Part shown: positions 1-12,900 of the stretch, one piece after another
Layout of the letters: each line of letters starts with the position of its first letter
Position numbering within the stretch: position 1 is the stretch's first letter
Assembly: GCA_004431415.1 (NCBI GenBank)
Contig: QPMI01000102.1
Span: 124,001 to 188,000 of the forward strand
Length of the DNA: 64,000 nucleotides
From: Cyanophora paradoxa CCMP329
Taxonomy: Eukaryota; Plantae; Glaucophyta
Reading direction: 5' to 3'
Translations under genes and position numbers: made by a program
Notes under the pieces: generated by a model
Told to the model about the DNA's origin: nothing
The model's database searches: none
What the model saw: the letters and a program-made list of their open reading frames with translations, nothing else

Positions 1-674
1 GCCCCCCCGGACATGGTCGGCCACACCGGCAAGTTCGACCCCGCCGTCATCGTGCGTACCCCCCCCCCCCCCCCCCCCCCCGCCCACTCCGCTCCACCTC
101 ATATGCCTTCTTCGAGCAGGCCGTCGAGGAGACGGACCGGTGCATCGGGGAGATCCACGCGGCCTGCAAGGAGCTCGGCTACGCCCTCCTCATCACCGCC
201 GACCACGGCAACGCCGAGGCGCGTTTGTCTGTGTATATCGTCTCTCGCGCCCCTCTGCGTATCATAGTATCTCCCTACGCCCCTGCGCTCTGAACGCTAT
301 CAAACAACCATAGTATCTCCCTATCATAGAACCCTGAACGCTGCGTGTATCATAGTATCTCCCTCCGGAGACTCGAACCCTGAACCCTGCGCCCGCGCCC
401 GCAGGTCATGAAGACGGAGGCGGGGGAGCCCGTGACGTCGCACACGACCTCGCCCGTGCCCTTCGTCCTGTACGACCCGCGCGGCAAGGCCAAGTTCACC
501 CGCACCAAGGGCGAGGTCGCCGGTGCGCAGACAGCCGCCTCTTCTTTCCTCCGTCCGTTCGTTCCATCTCTCCCGTTCTGAAAGCGGTTCGAACGATCAG
601 ACGTGGCGCCGACGCTCCTGAAGCTCATGGGCATCGAGATCCCCGCCGAGATGACCGGCAAGAGCATGATCTAA
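1..674 (+). CDS. gpmI: 2,3-bisphosphoglycerate-independent phosphoglycerate mutase, 3' part (4 exons visible; 5' end outside window)
   Basis: Spliced translation DMVGHTG...AVEETDRCIG...LITADHGNAE...TSHTTSPVPF...ADVAPTLLKLMGIEIPAEMTGKSMI*, the iPGAM metal-binding motifs. Introns at about 52-119, 219-404 (GC-AG) and 523-600. Stop TAA at 672-674. Confidence 0.93.
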
Positions 675-971
675 TCTGAGCATGATCTATCTGAGGAGGC
701 TGTCCGGCCGCCGGCCGCCGGGCTGTGTTTAACCCGCAGCTCAGCGGCTGGAACCTGGCCGGCCTTTGCGTCGCTGCGCGCTCGTGTCGCGAAATCGATG
801 CAGCTAGCGCAGCTTGTGCTTTATGATCAATGAAAAGTCAACGTAAGTAAAACAGGCCCGTGCGGCGCTGGCGACGCTTCCATGGCAGAACTGTACACGT
901 AACCTTGCATTTGATCGATTGATTGAACGATTGGTCGAGGCCGGCGCGAGGCCGGCCCCGGGGTGCACGGT

Positions 972-2040
972 CTAAGAGGGGGGCGCCGCATCATCGTCCC
1001 CGGCGTCCTCCATCTCGTCCTGTACCCCCTCCTGCTGCTGCTCCTCCCGCTCCTCCTCCACCAGATCGGCCTCCCCGCCCGCCGCCTCCGCGCCCTGGGG
1101 GTACAGTGCGCGTCAGAAGCGGCGACGGCGGGCGCGCGGGGCTGGGCGAGGGGGGTACGGCACCTCGTCGGCGGCCTCGCCCTCCCCGGCGTCCTCGAGC
1201 ATGTCGGTACCCTCCCCCGCCTCGGCTCCCTCCTCGCCGACGGCCTCCGCCTCCTCGTCGGCCAGCGCGGCGGCCGGCGCCGGAGGCTTGGCAGGGCTCT
1301 CGGCGGGGGCCGACGCGGGCGCAGCAGCCGCCGCCGCGGCCGCGGTGGCCTTGATGAGAGCGGCGGCGGCCTTGGTGATGCGGCGGCCGGGCCCGGAGAG
1401 GGCGGCCGCGGCGTGCGCCTCACTGCGGGCGCGGCGCGGTCAGAGGCGGGTCGATAGCGGGCGCCGGAGAGGCGAGGGCTGACCTGGAGCCGGCCGCGGC
1501 CTCCGAATCCGGGACCGCCGGCTGCGGGGCCGGCGACTCGCCGGGGTACGCCCCGCGCTCCTCGCCCGCGTCGGCCGGCGGGAGCGGGGGGCTACCCAGC
1601 GACGCTAGGAACGCGTCCGCAGCGCTCGGGGCCTGCACCGCGTGAGAAAAAAAGGGGGGGGCGAGCAAGGGGGTACGCGAACCGCGGTCGGGGCCTCGTC
1701 GGCGGCCGCTCCCTCCGCGCCCGCCGCCTCGCCCTCGCCGCCCTCCTCGGCCGCGCCCGCAGCAGCCGCAGCCGCGTCGGCCTCCGCCTCTTCCTGCGCC
1801 TGCACCTCGGCTTCCATCTGAGCCGCCGCCGCATCCTCCTCCTCCTGAGCAGCAGCCGCCTCCTCGGCCGCCGCCGCCGCCTCCTCCGCGGCCGCAGCAG
1901 CAGCGGCGGCGGCGGCGGCAGGCGCCGCTGCCGCCGCAGTGGTCTCCATAGGCTCCGGCTCCTCAACAGCGGCCGGCGCCGGCGCCGGCGAGGGCACGGG
2001 CACCGGCGGCAGAGGCGACGGCATCTCCGCGATCGGGGCG

Positions 2041-2072
<32 letters not shown>

Positions 2073-5000
2073 GGGCTCGGGCGCCGCTTCCGCAGCGGCG
2101 GCCGGCGCCTCCGCCTCGCCCATAGTGACGTCGCCTCCCGCCGGCGCCTCCTCAGCCGCCGGCGCCGGCGCCGGCGCGGCCGCGGGCGGGGCCGCCGCGG
2201 CCGGCGCGGCGACGGGGGTGAAGGGCGCGGCGGCAGGGTTCAAGACCGGGGTCGGCGACGCCTCCGCGGGCTTGGGCCGGACGGCGGGCGCCGCGCGCAC
2301 TTCCTCCTCTGCGCCCGCAGCGGCCGCCGGGCGCTTCCGACGCATCTGGGGCGTCGGGGCGGCCGGGGCGGCCGGGGCGGCCGTCGCGATCGGCGCGGCA
2401 GGGACCACAGGGGCGGCAGGCGCCGCAGGGGCGGCCGGCACGGTCGGCGCGGCCTGCACGGAGGTGCGGCCGGCGCTGCAGGAGCGGCGGCGGCGGCCGG
2501 CTTGGCCGCAGCGGCCGCGGCACCCGCGACGCCAGCGCGCCTGATGGGAACAGGCTTGCCAGCGGGGGCCGCCGGCTTTGCGGCGGCGGGGCCGCCGCCG
2601 GCTTCGGCGCCGCCGCGGCCGCGGGGGCCGCGGGCTTTGCAGCGGCGGGGGCGGCGGGGGCGGCGGCGGCGGACGGCGCTGCTGCAGCCGCGGCGGCGGC
2701 GGCCTTCTGCTGCTGCTCAAGCAACTTGGCCTCCAGCTGCGCCTTCATCTGCTGCTGCTTGGCGAGCAGGTTCGCGCGCATGGCGGCCTCCCCGTCCTCC
2801 TGCGGCTGCTGCTGGGGCGCCTCGCTTGCCGCCGCCTCGCCCGCCGGCTTGGCCGCGGCTGCTGCGCGCAGCGCGGCGCAGCGCGGAGTGAGCAATCCCT
2901 TCGCTTTCGCTCGAGGAGGGCCGGGCGGGCGGGCGGGCGGGCGGGCGGGCGGGCGGGCGGGCGGGCGGGCGCACCCTCCGGGTCGAAGACCGCGAGGCGC
3001 GTCCGCAGCTCCTCGCACTCCTGCTTCAGTGCCTGGAACTTCTCGGCCATGGTCTTGCCCTGCGAGAAGAGCCTCTTGGATGTGGCCTGCGCCTCCAGGG
3101 CCGCCTTGTTGGCCGAGGCGACCTGAGCGGCCGCCTCCTGCGCCTTCTTGTTCGCCTGCGGGGGGTGCGTTGAGTTAGGCCGAGTTCGCCGGCGGAAAGG
3201 AAGAAGCAGAGATCCGGCGCGCGCGCCTCTTCGAGCTCGGCGCGGACGGCCGCGAGCTGCGAGGCAAGCTCCGAGATCTCCGCTTCCTTCTTGGTCTTAA
3301 TGGTGCCGCCGACGCGTTTCACCCTGTCGAGCCTGCGCGGCGGCGGTCAGAGTGCACTCGAACACGGAAACACACGCGACAGCGCAAGCAAGGGAGAGAG
3401 GGCGCGCGCTCACTCGTCGCTGGTCTTCTTGTGCTGCTCGGCGGCGGCCGCCGCCTCGGTCTTGAGCTTGCCCAGCTCCTCGCGAGCCTGCTTCAGCTCC
3501 TCCTCCGCCTTCGCCTTGTCCTCGCGCGCCTTCTGGGCTACGGCCGCGGCCCGCCCGCGCATGTCCTCCGCCGCCTACGGAGTTCCAAGGTCAGAGATGC
3601 GGCGGAGAGCGCGGCGCAGAGGCCTAAGGAGCACAGCCTCGTCCCGCCCGGCCCGCCCCGGCGGCCTAGCCGGCTTGAGAAGCCCAGCCTAGCCTAGCGG
3701 GCGGGCTGCAACCCCTCTAGCCTCGCCTCGCCTCGGCCCGCCCAGCCCCGGCCCGCCCCGGCCCGGGCGCCCCGGCCCGCCCTGACCTTCTTGGTGGCCT
3801 CCTCCTTGAGCGAGGCGATCTCGGCCTGCGCGGCGGCGAGCTCCTCCTCCAGCTTCTTCAGCTTCTCCTGCAGCCGCCGGTGCTCCGCCGGGTCCACCTG
3901 ATAGATAGATGGAGTGAGTGAGATGGACGGGTAGGTGGAGAAGGTAGGTAGATGCTAGGCCATGCTAGGATTCTTAAGCCGGCCGGGCCGGGTCGGGCCG
4001 GGCCGGGCCGGGCCGGGCCGGGCTGAGAAGAGCGATAAGGATAATGGATGAGGCGAAGGACGAAGGACGAGGATAAGGATAATGGATGAGGATATGGATG
4101 AGGTCCGATCTATAACAGAAGTGGTGTTCTCTATTATGATCGGTCTTATGAGACCTAATAGTCTCTTATGAGACTTTCATCGTGAGGGCGGACCATCTTG
4201 TACTTGTTGACGAGCTCGGAGACGCGGGCCTCCCAGGCCGCCGACTCGGTCTTGAGGGCCGCCTTGTCGGCCTGCAGCTGGTCCAGCTCGGCCAGCAGCC
4301 GCCGCCGCTCGTCCTCCAGCGGCCGAAGCTTGACCTGCCGCGGAGATCAGGCGGAGGCGGCGAGGCGGCCACGCTTAGAGATAGAGATAGGGCGCTTTGG
4401 TAAGAGCTCGGGCGAGGCCGCTGCGCTTAGAGAGGCGCGGAGATAGGTGAGGGCGTGGGTGCGGGCGCGGGTGAGAGCTCAAGCTTAGAGGTAGGGCTTA
4501 GGTTCGAGGACGACGCTTAGGGCCGGCGTCGAGCGAGCGACTGGAAGCCGAGAAAAGAGGAGGCAAGGCAAGGCAAGGCAAGGCGAGCACCTCGAGGCGC
4601 TTGGCGTCGGCCTCCCAGCGGCGCGCCTCGCGCTGCGCCGTCTCCGCCTGCTCCCGCAGCGTGGCGTTGGACTCGCGGAGCAGGTTCATCTGCCCCAGCT
4701 GCTGCATGAGCGCCCGGTGCTCGGCGTCCGTCTGGTCCCGCTCCGCGCGGCTCGCGATGTCGGCCTCGAGCTGCGCGCGCAGCGCGTCCGCGGCGCGGTT
4801 GGCGTGCTCCAGCTGCTGCTCCAGGCTGGCCTTGTCGAGGCTGGCGACCTGCAGCTTCGCGTCCACGATGGCGCGCTCCCGGCGGAGGTGCCGGACGACC
4901 TCGCGCAGCTCGGCCACCGTCTCCCGCTCGCGCTCGGCCGTGCCCTCGGCCGCCTCGGCCGGCGCCCCGCCGGCGAAGTGCGCCGCCTGGAACTCGCCCA

Positions 5001-8000
5001 GCTGCGCCGAGAGGCGCTCCAGCTGGCTGTGGAGCAGCTCGTTCTGCGCCGCCACGTCCCGCCGCCCGGCCTCCGCCTCCTCCGCGCGCCGCTCGAGCAG
5101 GCGCCGCTGCTCGGCCCACGCCGCCTCGCCCGACGAGAGCGCCGCCTGCGCGCCGGCCGCCTGCGCCTCGGCGCGGCGGAGCGCGGCATCCAGCCGCTGG
5201 GCCTCGGCCTTGGCGGCGTCGCAGGCCTGCACGGCCCCCGCGTGGAGCACGAGCTCGCGCTCGTAGCTCCCCTGCGCCTCGCCCAGGCGCCCCTCGGCCT
5301 GCGATGCCGCCGCCCGCGCCGCCTCGCTCTGCTGCTTCGCGGCGGCCGCCTCTGCCGCGAGCCGCGCGTTGGAGCGGCCCAGGCCCTCCAGGTCGGCCCG
5401 GAGGTCCCGAACGAGCCCCTCGTAGCGCTCCTTCTGCTCCTGCTCGCGCTGCGTCCCCGCCACCGCCGCCTCCCGGATCTCCTTCAGCTGCGCTTCCGTC
5501 TGCGCCCGGCCGGCCCGCTCCTCGGCCAGCTCCGCCTCCAGCTTGGCGCGCGCCGCGGCGTCGGCCGCCGCCTGGCCCTTGGAGGTCTCCTCGGAGACCT
5601 TGAGCAGCGCGCGGAGCTCGTCGACGTGGCGGCGGGCCTGCGCCGCCTCGGCGCGCAGGTTCTCCAGCTCGGCCGCCGCGCGCGCGAGCTCCACCTCGAG
5701 GTGCCGCTCCCGCGCCCCGGGCGCCTCGGAGGAGCCGGCGGCTGCGCCGGCCTCGTCGGAGGCCCCCGCAGCGGCGACGGCCTCGGAGGCGCGGCGGGCG
5801 GCGGCGGGCGGGCGGATGAGGCGCGTGATGCGCTGGTCGCTGCTCTTGAGCTGCTGCTCCAGCGACGCGATGCGCTCCTGCGCCACCTCCAGCTGCGCCC
5901 GGGCGCGCGCCAAGTCCTCCCGCGCCTCCTGCAGCTTCCGGTCCCGGTCCTCCAGCCCCTGCTGGTGGTCCCGGGCCTGTAGAAGAGCAAGCAAGCTAAG
6001 AAAGGCAAAGCGAAGGAAGAAGAAGAAGAAACAGAGCGGGCGCGCCTGGATCGCCGAGTGGAGGTTGAGCTCGTGCAGGCGCGAGCGCTCCTTGTCCAGC
6101 TCGAGCTTCAGCGCGCTCCACTCCTGCCGGGAGCGGTCCGCCTCGTCGCCGGCCCGCCGCACGCGCTCCTCGGCGGTCGACTGGAGCGTCGCCAGCATGG
6201 ACTGGCGCGCGCTCGCTCAGAAAAGAAGAAGAAAGAAAGAAAGGAGGAAAAGAAAGGGTAGAACGGACCTGGAGGCCTTCGACGCGGGCGTTGAGGCGGG
6301 CGATCTCCGCGGAGCGCTCGGCCCGCTCGGCGGCGGCGCGCTCGTCGGCGGCCCGGAGGACCTTGTTCTCCGCCAGCGCCTCGTCCTTCTCCCGCTGGAG
6401 CCGCTTCTCGCCCGCGACGGCCGCCGAGGCCGCCGTGTTCGCCTCGTGCATGGCGCGCTCGTGGCGGATGACGGACTCGGTCAGCTCGCCGTTCTTCTTG
6501 CGGAGCATCTCCAGCTCCTTCAAGGGTTAAGAAGAAAGTTAGCCTTGGATGAGTGTGAAAGAAGAAGGCTTTCTTTCTTATTACCTTCTTCTGGGTGTCG
6601 AGGCTCTTCTGCAGGTTGTCGTAGCGCTGCATCATGGACTCCAGCTCGGCCTTGGCGCGGGCCGCCTCCACGCGGCGGTCGGCCTCCGCCTCGCGCGCCT
6701 CGTTAGCCGCCGCCTTCAGCTCGCGCTCGCGGTTGAAGGACTGCGCGAGAGACGACAGCGAGTCAGCGGACGGGCGGGCGGTGGGAGAAGGGAGGCACGC
6801 GCGGGCGCACGTCGTTGCGCCACTGGGCGAACTGGTCGTGCAGCTCGCGCAGGGCCTCGCTGTGCTCGGCCGCCAGCAATGCGCTCGCCGCCGAGGCCCG
6901 CGCCGGCGCGCCGGACGCGCCCGACGGCCCCGCCGCGCCCTCCGCGGCGGCCGCGGCGCCCTCAGCGGACGACGAGGCCGCGCCTGCGCCGGCGCGCGCG
7001 GGGGCGGGCCCGGACTGCTCCGCGAGGGTGCGGAACATGTCGCGCTGGCGGACGAGGCTCTTGACGATCTCGTCCTGGCGGGCGCGGGCGTCCCGGATGT
7101 CCTGCAGCTCCAGCAGCGCCGGCTGCAGCCGCTGCTCGACCGCCGCGTGGACGCGCCCCTCGAACTCGAGGCGCTCGCGCTCCAGGTCCTCGGAGAGCTT
7201 CCGCGTGAGCTTGAGCAGGCGCGCGTTGTTCTCCTGCAGCTCCGCGATGTCGTCAAACTCGACGAGCTGCTGGCTGATCACCGCGTCCGCCTCCGACTCG
7301 GCGAGCACGGCGGCCGTCGTCCGGACGATGGCGGCAGCCGCGACGGGCGCGCCGGCCAGGCCGTGCTTGTGAAGCGTCTGCAGAAGGTGCTGCACCTGGC
7401 GGCAGAGGTCCCCGCGCTCTGGAGCGACCGGTCAGGAAGGAAGGGCGGGAGGGCGGGCGGGGGCAGGGGAACGCTCGCCCTTGGTCAGGGACGCGTTCTC
7501 CCGCTGGAGAACGGCCTTCTCGCGCTCCAGGTCGTCCGCCTCGGCGCGGGCCCGCTTCGACTCCTGCAGGCTCGTCTCCAAGCGCGCTGCGGGGCGATCA
7601 GAGGGTGGGGAGAAAGAAGGAGGAAAGGAAGGGAGGGGACAAGAGGCGCACCGGCGATCTGGGCGTGCATGCGCTGCATGCGGGCGTACTCCTCGCGCTG
7701 CTCCTGGAGGAGCGGCGCCTTCTGCTCCAGCTCGCGCAGGATGTGCGAGAGGTACGTGTTCAGTCGCCTGTTCTCCGCCTTCTCCTTCAGGAGCGCCTCC
7801 TGTCCGTCCATGTACCGCGTGTACTGCAAGCGAGGAGAAAGAGTCACAGAGGAGACCAAGAGGCCGAATGCAAGAAGGTTCGAATAGGAAAAGGTCGCAC
7901 CAGGTCGACGAGGGAGAGCTCCTGGATGGCGGAGGCCGTGGCGGCCGCCGGGCTCATCTCCATCATCGTCCGGCGGCGGGCCGCCTCCGCCGAGCCCGGG

Positions 8001-9782
8001 TCCTCCTGCGGTGAGTGAGGGAGGGCGGGAGGGCGGGAGGTGAAGCAGGGGTGGAGCGAAGCGAGCGGACCGAGGCCGGGGTGGCGCGGGCCGGGCTCGC
8101 GAACGCCGAGGCGCGGGGGGCCGGGGCCGGCGTGGAGACGGGCAGAGCGGGGGCGGGCGGCATCCCCTCCGCGGCGGCCGTGACCTCGCCGCCCGCGGCG
8201 CCCGACCCGCCGGGCACCGCCAGCACGGTCGAGAGCGCATCGGCGAAGCGCGCACGGAGCTGCGCCGGGATACGCGAATGGGCGGAGGGGGGGAAAGTCC
8301 GGGGGGGGCACGGCACCTTCACGAGCTCCTCCTCCGTCTTGCGCAGCTTCTCCTCGGCCTCGCGGCGCGAGGCCTCGGCCTGTACCCCGGGGAATAGCGG
8401 TCAGGGCGGGGTACGCGATTTCGGAGCGGATCGCGGAGGCGCGCACCTGCTCGACCGCGACGGCGCCGCCGGACTCCTGCTGCCGCATGGCGACCTGCAT
8501 CTCCTTCACGGCGCCTGCCGAGATGGGGACCGGCTCAGGGGTACGCGGTTTCATCGCGCGGGGGGGGGGTACGCCGCACTCTGGAGCTCCTCGAGACGCT
8601 TCTTGGAATCCTCGGCGTCCTCCTTGTAGAGCGTGGCGAGGCGGCGCTGCGCGGCCAGCTCCTGCTTCAGCTGCTCCTCCGCCGCGGCGCGCGCCGAGCG
8701 CTCCTCCTGCAGCTCCTTCGCCTTGTCCTGCGCGGGCGCGGCCGGTCGGCGTCAGCGCCGGATTCGGCGGAGCGGTCGCGAGCTCGCTGCGGCGCGGCGC
8801 GGCGCGGGCGGACCTCGGTCGCCTTCATCTGCTGCTCGAAGCGCTCCTTGTAGCTGTTCGCGGTCTGCGTGCTGGATGCGGCCTCGCTGCTCGCTGTGTC
8901 GAGCTTCTTCTGCAGCTCCGAGACCTGGGCGAGCTTCTCCCCGCGGATCGCCTGCAGCTCCGCGGTCTTCTTGGAGATCTCCTCGCTCAGCGACTGGCTG
9001 TGCTTGCTCAGGACCTCCTTCTCGCTCTCCAGTTTCTTTACCTGGATCTGCGGCACCGCGGATCGTGTCGGCGCCCCGCGCGGGAGCGGGAGAGGCGACG
9101 GGCCGCACCTGAGAAGAGAAAAGCTCGGACTGGGCGCCGGCCAGCTGCTCCCGCAGCTCCGCGCTCCGCTTCGCGCCCTCCATGATCTTGTCCGTGAGGA
9201 CCTTCGCGTCCGCTGCAGGGGTCGCGGGCGTGAGCGGGGCTAGAGTGGGAGGCGGGGCAGGCCGACCATCGCGGGTGCTGATCTCGGTCTTGCGGCGCTC
9301 CAGGTTGTCCAGGAGCGTCTTGCGCTCGGCGCTCAGCTCCTCAATCTGCTTCTGAAGTACGGCGACTTTCGCGTTCTGCTCTCCGACTGTCGCCTCGAGC
9401 GTGGATGCGCGGGCGTTCGCGAGGGCGACGCTGTTCGCTGCGAGATGTCCAGGCTCCGTCAGAACACACACCAGCGCACACGAGAAAGACGCGAGACAGC
9501 TGCAGGCGGCGCACCGTAGCCGTCGTGCTCGGCGCGAAGCTTGGAGTACTCTTTCTTCATGTCGTCGTACTCCTTGCGCACATCGATGTACTGTCTCTCA
9601 AGCTGGTTGAAAGCCTGCTCCGCGTTGATCGAGGCGGCCTCGGCATCGGCGCGCTGGCGCGACAGCTCCTCCTCGAGCGTGGCCACCCGCGCCTCGGCCT
9701 GGCGCACGAGGTACTCGACGCCCTTTGCGCCATTCGGGTCCGCCTTGGCCGCCGCTACAGCGGCTGGCTCGAACAGGCCCAT
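972..9782 (-). CDS. NUA: Nucleoporin TPR/Mlp1/NUA-like coiled-coil protein (multi-exon)
   Basis: N-terminus MGLFE...RADAEAASINAEQAFNQLERQY resembles plant NUA. Conserved TPR blocks are present: LSHILRELEQKAP, FDDIAELQENNARLL, VRQRDMFR, YERELVLHA, QNELLHSQLE, MNLLRESNATLR, VDPAEHRRL. Acidic Ala/Pro-rich C-terminus ends ...DDDAAPPS* at 972. Internal exon boundaries are approximate. Confidence 0.88.
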
Positions 9783-9910
9783 CGCGCCCAGTCGGGAGTT
9801 CCGCTGCAGACGCCGAGGGACTGCCGACCGATCGCTTCCTGCGGTTCTGCAGCGATCTCCGACGAAGACCGAGGAAGACCCCTGTACCCCCTAAAGCAAA
9901 AACTTTCGCC
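9783..9910. promoter_or_regulatory. Probable bidirectional promoter between NUA and the 2OG-Fe(II) oxygenase
   Basis: Only 128 bp separate the divergent start codons (9782 on -, 9911 on +). Confidence 0.55.
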
Positions 9911-12900
9911 ATGCCCCTCCTGTTCAGCGCCCCGGCTGCAGCGCTCCGGCCAGCGCGGTGGCTCCAGTGCGGCGTGGCGAGGTTCTGCGCGACCCCGGTC
10001 GTGGCCGCGAGGCGGACGAGGACGGAGACGCCCAGCGCGCCAGCTGCAGCGATCGAAGCGAAGGCGACGAAGAAGAGCTCAAAGGCCGCTGAGAAGCCGA
10101 GTAAGGCGGACGTGAACAAGCCGGCCGTGCACAAGCTGATTCAAGATGACTTCCTGCCGGCTGCGAAGGCCAAGCAGCTGCGGGCCGACTACGACAGGGT
10201 GCGGGTCCCAGCCTCGTCTGGCAGAGCTATCGACCGCTTCTATTCTCTTACGGGCGCCCGCCAGCGCTTTGCGACGCCGAGAAAGACGGAGACGCGCGCT
10301 TTTATGTACGTACGCGCGATCGCGGACGCCCCGTGTTAGCTGCCCGCGTCCCGGCGGGTCCCCTGGGCGCTCGGCGCACTCTGTTCTACCTTTGTAATGC
10401 ATAGCTAACCTGTCCCACGCGGCCCACCCCCTTCGATCCAGGTTTGACTACTGGTGCGTCCCAATCCTGGCCCGCACCCCGACCGCGGCGCCGCGCCCGC
10501 CCGACGACCGCCGCAGGTACGTCGAGAACCAATACAACCTCCTGCGCGCCCCCGCGAGCGAGTTCTTCCCCCCGAAGGTGCCCCGCCGCTTTCGCCGATG
10601 TCGATGCCCAGTGCTCACCGCGCCGCGCGCCCCGCCCTGCCCCGCCCCGCGCTCGCAGACGTACAAGCTGATCGAGGAGGCGCTGCTCGAGTTCGGGCAG
10701 AGCAGGCTCGGCTGCCGCTCCCTCACCCCCGTCTGGCGCGCCTTTCTCCCCCGCCCCCACCCCTCCCCCCCCCACCCCCCCATTCCTCCGAATCGCGTAC
10801 CCCGAGCAGGCTCTCTCTCTACATCGGGGGCTGCCGGCAGGTCCGTTCCGCGAGGAACCAGGGCGCCGCCGCCCTTGCCCAAGCCTGGCCCTCCTCACGT
10901 ACCCCCCCCCCTTACCCCCTACCCCCCCTCTCAGGACTTCCACATGGACAACGCAAACCACGGGCCCTGGGCCTTCGTCTACAGCATCACCAACTGGGAC
11001 GAGCGCAAGGCAAGCTGCTCCTACCCCCCCCTCCCCCACCCCGAGCCCGTCGTACCCCCCTTGTCCTCAACCTGCCCCCCAGTTCAGCGGCGGGGAGACG
11101 ATGATCCTTCAGAAGGACATGCTCAGCTTCTGGCAGGCGAGCGCGCTCCGTCTCTCCCTTCTCTTCCGTGGCGCCCTCTCTGCCTTCTAATTCTAGGCTC
11201 CCGGGGCAGAACTACGAGCGGGAGAAGGTGGTGGAGCGGGACCAGATCCTCGACTTCGTCGAGCCCCGGTCCGCCCCGCCCCGCCCCGGCCCCGGCCCTA
11301 GCTTCGCCCTAAGAAGCCTTAGCTTCTTGAGTCCATTATTCTAGAGATCCCCCAAGTTAGCTTCTAAGTTAGCTTCGCCCCGCCTCTGCCCCTCCCCAAA
11401 AAAATTAGCTTTCTCTATAGCCGCGGAGCGGTCTGCTTTTGCCCGCCCCTTCCGTCCCGCCCCGCCCCGCCCCCGCCCCTGCCCACGTCTCAAGGTTGCC
11501 GGCCCAGGTTCAACCGACTCACTTGCTTCGACCCGCGCTTCCCGCACGGCGGTGAGATGAGAGCCCCCCGGCCGGGGCGCTAGCTATGCTCCAGATCCCT
11601 CCATCCCCGGCTCCAGCCCCGGCCCCGGCCTAGCAGCGCGCGCCCCCCCTCTTCGCCCTGGGGCGCTAGCTACGCCGACCCGCCGCTGACCCTACGCCGC
11701 CGCGCAGTGCGGCAGGTGGAGGGGACGATCAACCCGATGGACGCCCGCGTCGTCCTCCACGGCTGGTTCACCGGTCCGCCCTCCCAGATTCTAGGCAGCC
11801 GGCTTGGTCCTAGATCCTAGATCCTAGATCCTAGATTCTAGCTAGATCCTAGACATTCCTCCACGGCTGGTTCACCAGTCCGCATCCCAGCTTCTTGTAT
11901 TCTACACAGCTCGATCCTAGATCCTAGGTTCTAGAGTCTTCTAGATTTCTAGGTTCAACGGTCCGCCTCCGTATATTCTACACAGTTTGATCCTAGATCC
12001 TTGATTCTAAATTTCTGGATCCTAGACGTCTTTAGCTAGGCACCTGCGCGAACGCGGCGCTCCCTCCACGGCTAGTTCACCGGTCCGCCCCGCGCCTCGA
12101 GCTCGATCTCGCCCGCCCAGGCCCACCCAGCCCTCTGCCTAGTCGGCCAGCCTGGAAGCTAGCGGCCGCCGACGAGGCCTCACTCTCCTCTCCTCGCCCC
12201 GCCCCCGGCCCGCGACGGCAGACCCGGAAAGCCGTTCTTCTAGACCCCACCGCCCATCTAGTCGACAAGCGCGCGAAGTCCGCCGAGCCCGCCGAGCCCG
12301 CCGAGCCCGTGCCCGTGCTAAAGCGCTCCCGGCCCGGGAGGGATCGCGGTCGCGCCCCCGGCCCTTGCGAGTCGTTCTTCCAGATCCCACCACCTCGCCC
12401 TTCTCCCCTCGCCCCCTCCCCAGGCCCCTGCTGCCCCCCCCCCCCCCCCCCCCTCTTCTCCGACCCACCCCATTCTCTCTTCGCCCCGCCCCCGACCTTG
12501 GCCCGTGGCCGCGGCCGCAGACCCGGAGCCGTTCTTCGAGGGGGCGCTGGGGGAGGAGGAGGCGACGGAGGCCCTCAACGCCATGCTCGACGCCCTCTAC
12601 GAGGAGCTCCAGGCGCGCTTTAAGAATTTAGAGCGTTCCGATTCTAGAAGGGGGGTTCTTTCTAGAGCCCTAGGCCCCCGAGCCCGAGGGGACGAGGGGC
12701 GCCGCTGCTCCGCCGGGTCGGCGAGACGCTCGTCCCGCCGGAGATCTAGACTCTCGGGCTCTCGTCGGGAGGGCCGGCGCCGAGAGGTCTAGAGCGAGGC
12801 CTAGAGCGAAGATGAAGTTCATCTCTTCTCATAATTAGCGCCGGCGCCGGCGCCGGCGCCGGCCAGAGGTCTAGAGCTAGGATGAAGAGATCTGAATGCC

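Noticed and set aside
2918-4022. (GGGC)n and (GGCCG)n runs, and poly-G/C tracts elsewhere
   Set aside because: Ordinary intronic microsatellites found throughout the host genes.
827-9500. Many long Arg/Pro/Ala-rich ORFs on both strands
   Set aside because: Shadow frames of the GC-rich NUA exons; stop codons are rare at this composition.
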